A stretch of DNA of 64,000 bases from Felis catus (lineage: Eukaryota): positions 90,582,001-90,646,000 of the forward strand of contig NC_058370.1 of NCBI RefSeq assembly GCF_018350175.1, written 5' to 3'. The position numbers and the translations under genes were made by a program. Positions 42,298 to 61,108 of this stretch are shown in pieces (the stretch's first letter is position 1; every line of letters starts with the position of its first letter). The notes under the pieces were generated by a model that was not told where the DNA came from, searched no databases, and worked only from the letters and a program-made list of their open reading frames with translations.

Positions 42298-42474
42298 GGG
42301 GCACCTGGGCAGCTCAGTCAGTTAAGCGTCCAACTCTTGGTTTCAGCTCAGGTCATGATCTCACCGTTCTTGAGTTTGAGCCCTGAGTCAGGCTCCGTGC
42401 TGACAGCATGGGATTTTCTCTCTCCCTCTCTCTGCCCCTGCTCTGCTTGCTCTCTCTCTCTCAAAGAAAATAAA

Positions 42475-42526
<52 letters not shown>
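42298..42526 (+). mobile_element. Can-SINE (older subfamily) with a 50-nt pure poly(A) tail
   Basis: ggggcacctgggcagctcagtcagttaagcg...; A-run 42477-42526. Confidence 0.9.
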
Positions 42527-42530
<4 letters not shown>

Positions 42531-42701
42531 CATTGGAGAGGAACCCCAAGAAATGGGGTATGTGGTGACAGCTCTGTAAAGAAAAGGTAACTGGATGCTT
42601 GTAAGCCTGAAGAGAGGAAGGGACCTGGGGGCTGGATTGGGGGAAGTAGAGCCCATGTGGCTCCTGGTACATATCCTGACAATAGCCTATCCTAAATCCA
42701 A

Positions 42702-42845
42702 TTTTTTTTAATGCTTATTTATTTTTGAGAGAGAGAGAGAGACAGAGTGCAAGTGGGGAAGGGGCAGACAGAGAGGGAGACACAGAATCCGAAGCAGGGA
42801 GACACAGAATCTGATATTTAACTGACTAAGCCACCCAGGCGCCCC
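42702..42845 (-). mobile_element. Internally rearranged Can-SINE
   Basis: Both ends present; TSD cctaaatccaa at 42691-42701 and 42846-42856. Confidence 0.88.
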
Positions 42846-43841
42846 CCTAAATCCAAATTCTTGCTCTCTTCTCCTGAAAACCAAAACCGCTTACTCCTTA
42901 TTTATACCAAGGAAACTACCCTATTGTCAACTGCCATTTGTTAGGAATCTCTCTGTACCCAACACTCCGAGGAAACACAAGGTCACACTATGAAATAGTC
43001 TTTCTGTCTGGGACATTACAGTCTGGGTGGGGAGAAAACTCACAATGTCTGATTCTTCTTTTCCATCCCAGTGCCATATGCAGTGGAACGCCCAGAGCAG
43101 ACACCCAACAGTGCAATCACAGGCACACGAACAAGGCATGCAGAGTCCTTTGCACAATGGTTAGTTCACACAGTAAGCACACTGTCCCTGTTCTCACCAC
43201 CACCAAGAGCTGGACCCTTTTTTTTTATGTCTCCTCATCTCCCAACCTGACCAGTATAGCTGGATCAGACTCTATCACGGTCTCCACTGTTCCCCTCCTG
43301 CTCTTCCCATGGCTCTCCATCATTCATGAGACAAAGCCCAAATTTTGTGGGCTGGTGTCCAATGCCCTCCACAATTTGATGCCAACCTGCTTTCTCTTCC
43401 ACAGTCCCCCATCCATCTCTGGACAAGTGTGTATATGCCTGAATGCATGCATACACGCACATGCACACACATGCACACACAAAGGGAGCTTGTGCTTTGG
43501 TCAGGCCACCTCCCCACTACTTCCCCAAGGAACTATGTACTGCCCACCCCCACCTCCAGTAACCCCTGCCGCTCCTCTGAGGCTGTCTAGCCACCAGCTC
43601 GAGACATAGACCCTGTATGGAGCTTCTGTAATTACATGTAATCACATGCTAGTTCCCATGGCTATCACTGTCCCAACTTCCTCATGAGGAGCCTGCTCTG
43701 GGGTATGTTGAGTTGAAGGAGGCAGCAATAAATTGAGGTGGAACAGGCAGATGTAGATGGTAGAGTAGGGCTGAACCGTTGAGGCAGGGGGGAGTGAAGC
43801 ACAGCACCAAGGCACTGTGGGCAAACAGGAATGCAGAGAGA

Positions 43842-44048
43842 GGGGCAGTTAAGCATCTGATTTCAGCTCAAGTCATGATCTCAGAGCTCATGAGTTCCAG
43901 CCCCATACTGGGCTTTGTGCTGACAGCTCAGAGCCTGGGGCTTGCTTCAGATTCTGTGTCTCCCTCTCTCTCTGCTCCTCCCCTGCTCATGCTCTGTCGC
44001 ACTTTCTCTCCCCAGAGTAAATAAACATTTAAAAAATAAATAAATAAA
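43842..44048 (+). mobile_element. Can-SINE with a short deletion near the 5' end
   Basis: 15-bp TSD aggaatgcagagaga at 43827-43841 and 44049-44063. Confidence 0.93.
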
Positions 44049-44397
44049 AGGAATGCAGAGAGAAGAGGAGCAGAGGGACAAAGCCTGAACTCTGTAGCCA
44101 CGCCCCTATTCAGGGCAGAATAATTCAGAGCAGAGGAGAAACTTGGGCAGGGAGAGAAAACAAAAAGACGGAGAAACATCCTCCATAGTAGGAACAGATA
44201 CTGTGCAAAATGGGGAAAAATTAAAAAGAAGTATAATAATTTTATTCATAAATTTAGAAGAAAATAAACTACTAGAAGACAAACAAGAGTAGATGAAGGT
44301 CACCACTGTGGAACAGGAATCAGAGGTGGGGTGGGGGTAGTTAAAGTGCTATTGTTTTTTCATTAAAGCCCTTCTAAAATAATATTCTATTTCACCT

Positions 44398-44572
44398 TTT
44401 TAAATTTTTACTTCTTTTAATTTTGACAGAGAGAGCGCGCGTGCACACGCAAGGTGGGGAGAGGAGCAAAGGGAGAGAGAGAATCTCAAGCAGGCTCCAC
44501 GCTCTTGAGATCATGACCTGATCCGAAGTCAAGAGTCAGATGCCCCAACCAACTTAGCCACCGAGAGGCACC
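44398..44572 (-). mobile_element. Older Can-SINE
   Basis: gagaatctcaagcaggctccacgct...gagatcatgacctgatccgaagtcaagagtcagatg; degenerate TSD tattct(a/g)tttcac. Confidence 0.85.
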
Positions 44573-46479
44573 ACTATTCTGTTTCACTTTTTAAACTATG
44601 GACATGTATTACTTTAATAAAAAAATATATAAGTTATATATTTAGAAAAGAGAAACATCATATCAAAGCTAGTAAATAGAAGGATAGGTTCAATCATTTA
44701 TCTGGCTTTTTCTCTATCAAATGTACTTCAGAGTAACCAAATAATTAATGAAGGCAAATTTCACTTTATAGGAATAATTCAACTAATAAATGAAGAAGAA
44801 ATGATAGACTTGGGATATCACCACTTTGCACCCTTTAATGAAATAATGGATCTAGGCAGTAATCATTAGTGGCTGTTATGAGAGCCTGACATACAGATGA
44901 AACAGAATTGACCAGGAGTTGATAGCTGTTAAAGCCTCAGTGGTAGGAATACGGGGGTCCATTATACGCTTCTCTCTATTTTTGTATATGTTTGAAGTTT
45001 TCCATAGTAACAAGGTAAAGAAAGAGAGAACAAAAAATGAACAGAGTAAGAAAAGATAAATTCAGCAGAGACTCTAGAGATTCCAAGTCCCTGGGATGTC
45101 CCACCACCATCAACACCACCATCATCCTAACCCCAAAGCTGGGCATAGAACAGACTCTTAAACTGCCACTGCCAGCGCCCCTGCTCTTCTCACCTGGATC
45201 TGTGCAGTTAGCTTCTGGATCTCCAGGCCCAGCTGCTGCTCCACCTCCAGGGACAAACTTTCTTCTGAGGCCAGTCTAGACAGAGCTGCCACCTCATGCA
45301 ATAGAGGCTTTGGCAGAAATGGGAAGTGAGATTTCAGCCCAGCCCAGGCTCCTCTCCTGCCCACTCCCCAGCTACTCACAGGTAAGTCCTTCTGGATCAG
45401 AAGCAGGAAAGAATCTGGGGCCCATGCTGCCAGATGCTGCTGAGTTCTACCCAAAAACCAGAGCAAGGTGGTCTGCAGGGTACAGAGCCCTAAAGCAAGG
45501 GGTGCAGGATCTGGGGAGAGGAGGATGGAACATCTGAGGGGTCATAGAACCCCTCTGGGAGGAGGCAGGCTTCAGAACAGAGTGAAAGAATAAAGAGGAT
45601 ACCTTCAACTGTTCTGTTCCTCCATCCCCAGTACTTTGTCTCACCTGGAGGCTGACAGAGGAGCAGCCCTGACCTGGGTTGTTGAAGGGCATCCAAGAGA
45701 GGAGGGAAAAGCTGTTGCAAAAGTTCAGTGGTATGAGAGGATGAGGGACGGCTGCTCTGATCTTCACCAGCAGATCCCAAGGCCTGGCAGAAGCCTGAGG
45801 ATGAGGGGTATGGTCTGATAAGGAAGGGGCGATCTGGGGTTGTGTCACTCCCAATGCCCCTTCCTTCTCACCTTGGTCCCAATTCCAGATAAGGGACTGA
45901 TGAAATAGGTTGCGACACAAAGAAGCCAGCTCCTTCTCACACTCCTGAGGCAGGGATGCTAGTGGGAGAAATGACTTGGAGCCTGAAAAAGAAGGCTTCC
46001 CTTTTCCAGAACACTGCCCACTCAGTGATGGGGGAAGAGGGGAGGCTTCCACCAAGCCTCAAGACTTGAGTGGAAGATGAGACTTTGCCTTGAAAGCCCA
46101 GATACTATTGCCTGACTGGTGGGGAGGAGGGGTGGGGTGGGGGTGTTCATTCTAAAGGGCCTGCTTTTGCAGTCTGGTTGGCAGGGGAGTGAGGAGGCTA
46201 GGGAGAAGAAAGAGACCCCAGTCTTCCTAAATGCCCACCCAGGCCCATCACTCACCCTGACCCAGTGCCTGACTCAGTTGTTGTGCGGCTGCCCTGTGGT
46301 CCCTCCAGGGTCCTAGACTTAGGTCCAGACTCTGAGCACAAGCTGCCCACAGCAGGGTCCAGTACTGGCTCCACAGGGCTCCAGCCCCTCCAAGCCCCAG
46401 TCCACTGCTGGCTGAATCACTCACACCCCCCAGCAGCCCCAGCAGCCCGGGCAGCAGCTCCCGCTCCTCCTGGCACCGA

Positions 46480-54410
<7,931 letters not shown>

Positions 54411-54625
54411 CAGAGGACCTGTCCCTCATAGGACAAGGCCATGTGTGTATCCCACAGTTCACTGCATATTTTGAGACCTTGTACTCTAAAACCATAATTA
54501 AAGACACCCCTGGTTGTCATTCCTTTTGCCACAGAGACCGGATGACAGAAAGGAGCCCCATGACCACTGAAACAACCTTTCTTTGGTTTTAAAGCAGATG
54601 GCTTCCTCTGGGAGCAGTAAGGAAA

Positions 54626-54631
54626 AATAAA
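54626..54631 (+). terminator. TTC31 poly(A) signal AATAAA
   Basis: 216 nt after the stop codon. Confidence 0.75.
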
Positions 54632-54908
54632 ACCCACCAAGGCTAAGGAGGGAACTGTACAAAAGTTAGGTTTTCAGACTATGACAGACCCCACAGGGAG
54701 CATATGGGGCTTGCTCTGCTTCTCGGCCCCGAGGGACTCATTCACCAACCAGAGCTCTATGCTCAGGAACAGGGCCACAATGATGAATGAGGCCTGAGTC
54801 CCACCCTTCACCTTGATAGAGGCTCACATCTTCCTGAGTCCAGCTCTTACCCTGTTTCTTCTAGCCCCAGCCACTCATGCCTTGTTTTCTGTCATTTGGT
54901 GCACATTC

Positions 54909-54986
54909 TGACCTCTCCTTTGCCCAATAGTCTCAACTCCTCCAACTGCTAGAAGATTCACTGGGGTTTGCATTTGGGAAGTCCCT
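54909..54986 (+). repeat. 78-bp direct repeat, copy B
   Basis: 76/78 identical to 53980-54057. Confidence 0.95.
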
Positions 54987-55524
54987 CACCAGCTCCTGCT
55001 TGGAGTTGGCAGGGTTCATAACATCACATCTTCGCACTGCTGACTGTCCTGCTGATGGGGCGTCAGCAAGCACCCAGGGAGCTGCTACCTTGGCCATGCT
55101 CTTTTTCTGTTCCAGCACTGGGTATTGGAATGAGCCTTTCCCCATGTGAATTTATGCAGTTTTCCCGCCAAGAGTTACTGCCCCCCCAAAGAAGGCCATA
55201 ATTCCCTACTTCTTGTGTAAGAATCAAGGTCTTTTGGTTCTCTAAGATCCTGGCAGCTGCCCCTGGCTGCTTCCTCCCTAGCCTTGCCTGGGACTCTCAG
55301 CTCACTGAAATATGGATCTGTGGGGGACTTTTAAGCCTTCCAGAATGCCTTGCCTGGGAGAACCATTTGCCAGGATAAATGATTCTTGCTGCCTTATGGT
55401 CTTGCTCAACAACATTCACACCTGTATAGGAGGTGTTGAAACACACCTCCTTTCTACAGGGCTTTCCCGAATTCTTTTTGTTTATTGAGCAGGCTCCTTG
55501 AATACATCAGAATGAAGTCTGCCA

Positions 55525-55680
55525 TTGCTAGCTGGGTCACCTTGGGTCATCTGCCTCAGTTCCCTCATCTGTAAAATGGGGGCAGTCCCTACCCCACAGG
55601 GCTTTTGTGAGGAGTGGAAGTAAAAGTGTGAGAAAATACCTACAAAGTGCCTGCTACATAAAGGGTGTTAAATAAACTGA
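55525..55680 (+). mobile_element. MIR SINE
   Basis: gctgggtcaccttgggtc...ctcagttccctcatctgtaaaatgggg...aaagtgcctgctacataaagggtgttaaataaa. Confidence 0.7.
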
Positions 55681-55781
55681 TTTTTTATCTGCAACTGTCC
55701 TACATAATCATGATTCCCATAGTGGGAAGAGATGAGTATGACTACACTGCTGCTTATTTCACAAAATACAGAGTTCCTGGG

Positions 55782-55945
55782 ACTGTGGTTCTCCCAAGTG
55801 TAGTCCCTGAACCAGCAGGGACTTGTTGCAAATATACATTCTCAGGCCCCACCCTATACCTTTTCAATCAGAAAGTGCAACAGCAGGGCTCAGCAATTTG
55901 TATTTCATTAAGCCCTCCAGGTGATCGACCCTCATGCCCAAGCAC
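55782..55945. mobile_element. MER5A-like hAT-Charlie DNA transposon
   Basis: gtggttctcccaagtgtagtccctgaaccagcag...attctcaggccccacc...aagccctccaggtgat. Confidence 0.75.
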
Positions 55946-55951
55946 TATTCT

Positions 55952-56174
55952 TTTTTTTTTTTTTAATTTTTTTTTAACATTTATTTATTTTTGAGACAGA
56001 GAGAGAGCATGAACAGGGGAGGGTCAGAGAAGGAGGGAGACACAGAATCTGAAACAGGCTCCAGGCTCTGAGCTGTCAGCACAGAGCCCGACACGGGGCT
56101 TGAACTCACGGACCACGAGATCATGACCTGAGCCGAAGTCGGCCGCTTAACCAACTGAGCCACCCAGGCGCCCC
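55952..56174 (-). mobile_element. Can-SINE (SINEC_Fc-like)
   Basis: 15-bp TSD cccaagcactattct at 55937-55951 and 56177-56191. Confidence 0.95.
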
Positions 56175-56299
56175 AACCCAAGCACTATTCTAGCACCTGG
56201 CAGGGGAGATACCATCCAGAGGCCATTTTGGTGGGAGAGATTTCAGTTTTGTTCATCCAAGGCTTGATTATGAGAGGTGGAAGCACTGGGCTAGAATTT

Positions 56300-56425
56300 T
56301 TTTTTTAATTTTTGTTTTCAACGTTTATTTATTTTTGGGACAGAGAGAGACAGAGCATGAACGGGGGAGGGGCAGAGAGAGAGGGAGACACAGAATCGGA
56401 AACAGGCTCCAGGCTCTGAGCCATC
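56300..56425 (-). mobile_element. 5'-truncated young SINEC_Fc
   Basis: 18-bp TSD agcactgggctagaattt at 56282-56299 and 56426-56443. Confidence 0.95.
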
Positions 56426-56925
56426 AGCACTGGGCTAGAATTTAAGAGGACACAAGTGGAGGGGGATCACGGCTCAGAGCCAATTAACTTGACACAATCA
56501 TACTTCCTAACAAGAATTACTTGCTCTGAGAATTCTTTGCTCGTGCCTAGTTGGGGAGAAGTGGTTGTGTTTGCTTGAAAGGGGATTCTATTATGGTGAC
56601 TTCATAAGAGGCCTGCTCATCTGGCTTTGTTCAGGGCAGCAGAGGGGTACTTCTCTGCTTTGGGGATTCCTCTAGGGTTCCTCAAAGAATGGGCAGCCAC
56701 CATTGCTGTGTGGTATCTGCTTTCAGGCTGATTTGGCTCCTTGCTCTTCCAGCCTCTCGAAGAACTATCCCCTCCCCAGTATCTCTTGACCTATCCTGGA
56801 CTTGAACCTTCTCTAAGAGCCACAGGACTCCTGACACCTTATCCCCATTTTGCCCCACACTCACCCTGCTAACTGGTAGGGTTCCAACACAGCAGTCTGA
56901 GTTCTGAGTCCCTGGGGTTGGAAAG

Positions 56926-57039
56926 CACAGTGACCAACCATCCCGGTTTTCCTGGGACTGAAGGATTTCCTGGAGTATGGGACTTTCAGTGTTAAAACTG
57001 GGAAAGTCCTGGGCAAATGGGAATGAGTTGGTCACTCTA
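56926..57039. mobile_element. Short non-autonomous DNA transposon (hAT-type MITE) with imperfect terminal inverted repeats of about 35 nt
   Basis: Left cacagtgaccaaccatcccggttttcctgggact versus reverse complement of right end tagagtgaccaactcattcccatttgcccaggact. Confidence 0.7.
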
Positions 57040-57748
57040 AAGTCTCCAAAGAGGCAGCCTTAGAAAGGGGATGAAGGCCCTGAACAGGAACCAGGGAAGT
57101 TATGCGTGTGTGTTGCACATGTGTATTGAAAGGGCAACACAAGTGCAAAGAACACTTTTTGTACGTAATGGCTGACAAGTTCTTAGCTCCACACCAGTAG
57201 TCATTATTTCTGCCCATGATGCCATTTTTCTTCCAGTTACCCAGGTTTGTGAGGCTGTCACAGATTCATGCAATCTTCGGTCATTGGGATAATCAAACAG
57301 ATTCCTTTTTCATTACAGCTCCCCCCGCCACCACCACGTCTGGCCCCGAATTCTCTCGGCTCTTACCTTCTGCAGTGGCCAGAGATACGCTCCTTCTTCA
57401 GGTCCCTGCCAGTTACTGGTCCGCCCTACACTTGCAGCCAGATTAGCCTGCTCTAACATTGCTGTCACGTCTCTCCTCTCTAAAACCTTCAAGGACTATG
57501 CTTTATCTATAGTAGAATCCCAAAGTTGCTACCTTTGGCCCTTTCTCCCCTGCTTTCTTTGTAAACCATTTTCTTCTTTCAGTCACAGTTATGGGGACAG
57601 AACATGCAGTGGTCAAAAGCATGAGCCCCTGAGTCAGACAAACAAGCAGGTTAGTGCCAGCCCTACCACTTACAAACTCCATGACATTACTACATCTTCT
57701 TGGGCTTCTGTGATTCAGTCTCCTTACACTTAAAGTGAAATTAAAATC

Positions 57749-57965
57749 TGGGGCACCTGCGTGGCTCAGCTGGTTAAGCATCTGACTCCAGCTCAGGTCA
57801 GGATCTTATGGCTCGTGAGTTCAAGTCCCACGAGTCCCACGTGGGCCTCTGTGCTGACAGCTCAGAGTCTGGATCCTGCTTCAGATTCTGGGTCTCCCTC
57901 TCTCTCTGCCCCTCCCCTGTTCATACTCTGTCCCTCTCTCGAAAATAAATATTAAAAAAAAATTT
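57749..57965 (+). mobile_element. Can-SINE inserted in a MIR; internal 9-nt tandem duplication agtcccacg
   Basis: TSD tgaaattaaaat at 57736-57747 and 57968-57979. Confidence 0.92.
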
Positions 57966-59106
57966 AATGAAATTAAAATTTCATTATCTTCTGGGATTAC
58001 TGTAAGATTAATCCATGCACATCACTTGAATTATGTTCAGTAAGTGGTAGTTATTGTCCAACAGTGCCAGGTTCCCTTCTGCCTTCCAGCATTGTTCAGT
58101 CTCCCTGAAATATTCTCTTCTGGGACCTCCACTTGCAACCGAGGCCCTAGCTGACTCCCCTTAAATCCTGGATGGATCATTCTCAGAACATTCTTGAGAA
58201 TGAGTTGTGGCATCTGGGCAGAAGCATGGAAGGCCTGAGGAGGGAGGAAGGACAGACACGGAGAGAGGGGAGCCAGGAAAGAACCTAAGCATGGTCTTCT
58301 GAAGATCTGAAGTGATGGCCCTGCATAGGCATAGGCCTCTTACCTTCTCATCATATTGCCAGAGGGTGATTAATTACCAGTGGAATAAATTAATTTCAGA
58401 AATGTCTGCTGGTGGGGGTAGGCTATTGACTCCACCCGCCAAGGTCCCCATGCAGCTACTCCAGCCTCCACCTCCGTGGCCAGACTCAGCCTCCCCACCC
58501 TCCTGCCAAGGCCACTGTCCTGGGGGGAACATTTCCTGCCCAAGTGTGGGGCAGAGGTCCCAGAAGTAGGGTTGTGCCCCTTCTCCCCACCGCTTTCACT
58601 TAGCTTGTGTTCCAGCATGGGGTTCTTTCAGCAGAAGTGAGAGAATGGTCGGAAGCCCATTAACAAATGACCTCAGGGTGGGGAAAGGGTAGGATCAGGC
58701 ACAACTTTGTCACTTTGGAGCAGCCCAGAGGTTAGCTGCAAGGTCTTGGAGGAGGCGGGTCAAAGGCCTGCTGGAGTCCAGCGACTAAAGGCAGTCAGTA
58801 GGGGTAGGTCGCCGCAGCTACGTGTCCCATCTTCCTCCCCTCAGCTCGAAGTCTCCAGAGTGCCGTCCGGCTGACATGCACTGGCTCTGAAGGCTGGCAC
58901 GATACCTAGGTCCAAATCCTGACCTAGTGCTTCTTGCTTTGTGAAACGGGTATAATTATATCACCGAATAGACTTGCTATGAGGTTTGAAGGAGACATCG
59001 CGTTTAAAGCGCTCAGCCAAGCGCGGAATCTGCACAACAATCGGCAGATTTTGCTCTTACTGCTCTGGGGCGCCAAGATTGAGGCGTCGAGCGACTGAGT
59101 CTCCAT

Positions 59107-59112
59107 TTTATT
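59107..59112 (-). terminator. LBX2 poly(A) signal AATAAA
   Basis: tttatt on + strand, about 150 nt past the stop. Confidence 0.75.
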
Positions 59113-59264
59113 CTCAACAATTGGGAAAAGCGAGTGAGTGGACTGTGAGCCAGAGGAGGCCAGATCCACACCCTCCCTCCACCCTAGTACCCAGACAGGG
59201 CGCGGAGCACGGAGGCAAGGAGTCGGGGATCCAGGTGCCCAGGGCGGCGGCGGCTTTGCCTTCA

Positions 59265-61108
59265 TTAGTCCACCTTTATCTCCTCTTCTGACAGGTGGGG
59301 CCCGGAGTCAGGCCGGCCAGGGACGGGGCGTGGGGTGCCGTCAGGCAGCGAGAGGCGGCACTGAACTTCGGGGGACAGCGTGCGCAACGAGGCCACGTCG
59401 GCGCGCATCTCCTCCACGTCGCGCTTGAGCTTGGCTCGCCGGTTCTGGAACCACGTGACAACCTGTGCGTTGGCCAAGCCGAGCCTCGCCGCCAGCCGGT
59501 CGCGCTCGGAAGGCGCCAGGTACTTCTGGAAGACGAAGCGTCGCTCCAGCTCCAGCACCTGCTGCGCAGTGAACGCCGTGCGTGACTTTCGCCGTCTGCG
59601 GCCAGCCTGGCCAGGGCCCAGAGCACTCGGGGCGGCGCGGCCTGCGGGGATACGGCGGGGGTCAGTCTTAGCCAGCAGGAATCAGGCATCCGCTCAAAGG
59701 AGAAGCTGTGGGGGGGCTCAAGCCGGGGTGGGGGAGGCGGAGCGAGAAGGCGGACAGGAGCCTGAACCGTGGTCCCTTACCAAACGGGGGTTCAGGCCGA
59801 ATTGGGAGTGGGGGGGGGGCATAAAGTGGAACGGGCCACTTGGGTATGGGAAGCAGCAGGCTGAGGGCATCTTGAGGAGGTGAGGGAGTAGGAAGAGGGC
59901 GGGACTGGCCAAAGGAGACTTGGCAGGGCGTCAGGCAATCTGGGGAGGGATCTTTGAGGCCCTCCGGAGCCCCGGGATAAGTGGGCTTGTAGGTTGGGGC
60001 CGGCACCCGAGGCGGGGCGACCATGGTCAAAATAGGACAGCTAGGCGCCTGGGTGGCTAAGTCGGTTGAGCATCCGACTTCAGCTCAGGTCATGATCTCA
60101 TGGTCCATGAGTTCGAGCCCCGTGTCAGGCTCTGTGCTGACAGCTCAAAGCCCGGAGCCTGCCTCCGATTCTGTGTCTCCTTCTCTCTCTGCCCCTCCCC
60201 TGCTCACACTCTGTCTCTCTCAAAAAATAAACATTAAAAAAATAATAGGGACAGCCCAGGGCAGCCCTGTGTGATGAATGTAATACGACTCTGATCATGC
60301 CCTTCTAAAGACTCTCAGGTTATGATGAGCACTCTTGTTTTACGCTTTTTTAGTGACAAGGGAACCTCCTCCTCGAGCCCAAAAGGAGGTAGTGGGGGTT
60401 CAAAGTGTAAGGAGAGGCGAAGTCCGTAATCCCCGACCCTTGCCGCCCCAAAGACCTTCTGTTCCTGTCCCCTTTCCTGAAGAGAACGGCGTGGAGCGGA
60501 GCTAGGTCACCCGGAGAGACCGAGCCTCGCCTCCCAGCACTTTGTGCACCGCCCATGCCCCAGCTCACTGTTCACAGCCTCGGGCTCAGGCCTTTTGTCT
60601 CCATCTCGCCGGCCTTTCGGTGTCGCGATTGCCCCGCCTACAGCGAACGGACCAACGGGTCACTCAGTTCTCGACAGATTGGCCCTCCCCCTCGGCGCTG
60701 GCGGCCTCCAAGGAGCGGCCGCGGAGCCTGGGAACTAACGGAGGGTAGGTGAGGATTGGGATATGGAAGTCCCAGCACGTGGGCTGAGGACAGAGGGCAG
60801 ATTAGGGTGGGGGCCATTGTGAACGAAGGGTCGAGACCGGGACCTGAAGGAGAGAGATGGGGAGAAGGCCAAGTCAAAGTGCGCGACCTTGCCTGCGCTA
60901 TACCTTCAGAGGGCTCCGGAGCGTGCCAGTCAAATCCGCGGAAAGTTTTACTAGTCAGCTCCTCCAGCGCGCACAGAGGCGACGTGGGACCAGGACTCGA
61001 CTCTGGAAGCTGGGACGTAGAGGGTCCTCGGGGGATCAGGCGCGGGCCTAGGATGTCGGCGATGCTGAATAATGTCCGGGGTGTCCGGGGGTCTGGTCCC
61101 GAGTTCAT
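59265..61108 (-). CDS. LBX2: Ladybird homeobox 2 transcription factor, 193 aa
   Basis: Exons 60904-61108 and 59265-59641. eh1 motif FSIADIL, ladybird SPLCALEELTSKTF motif, homeodomain RRKSRTAFTAQQVLELERRFVFQKYLAPSERDRLAARLGLANAQVVTWFQNRRAKLKR. Confidence 0.97.
60043..60243 (+). mobile_element. Can-SINE, antisense in the LBX2 intron
   Basis: Full-length SINEC_Fc-like; degenerate TSD aatagg(g)acagc. Confidence 0.93.

Noticed and set aside
42337-42682. Poly-Lys and poly-Phe ORFs
   Set aside because: Translations of a SINE poly(A) tail
42938-43609. 223-aa plus-strand ORF in CCDC142 intron 5
   Set aside because: Non-ATG start, overlaps degenerate L2-like and simple-repeat sequence, no recognisable domain
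54933-55145. ORF starting MGKGSFQY, like EEF1A MGKGSFKY
   Set aside because: Similarity stops after eight residues; no processed-pseudogene hallmarks
55428-55451. Perfect 9-bp hairpin followed by Ts, resembling an intrinsic terminator
   Set aside because: A few such stems are expected by chance in 64 kb and have no established role in Pol II termination
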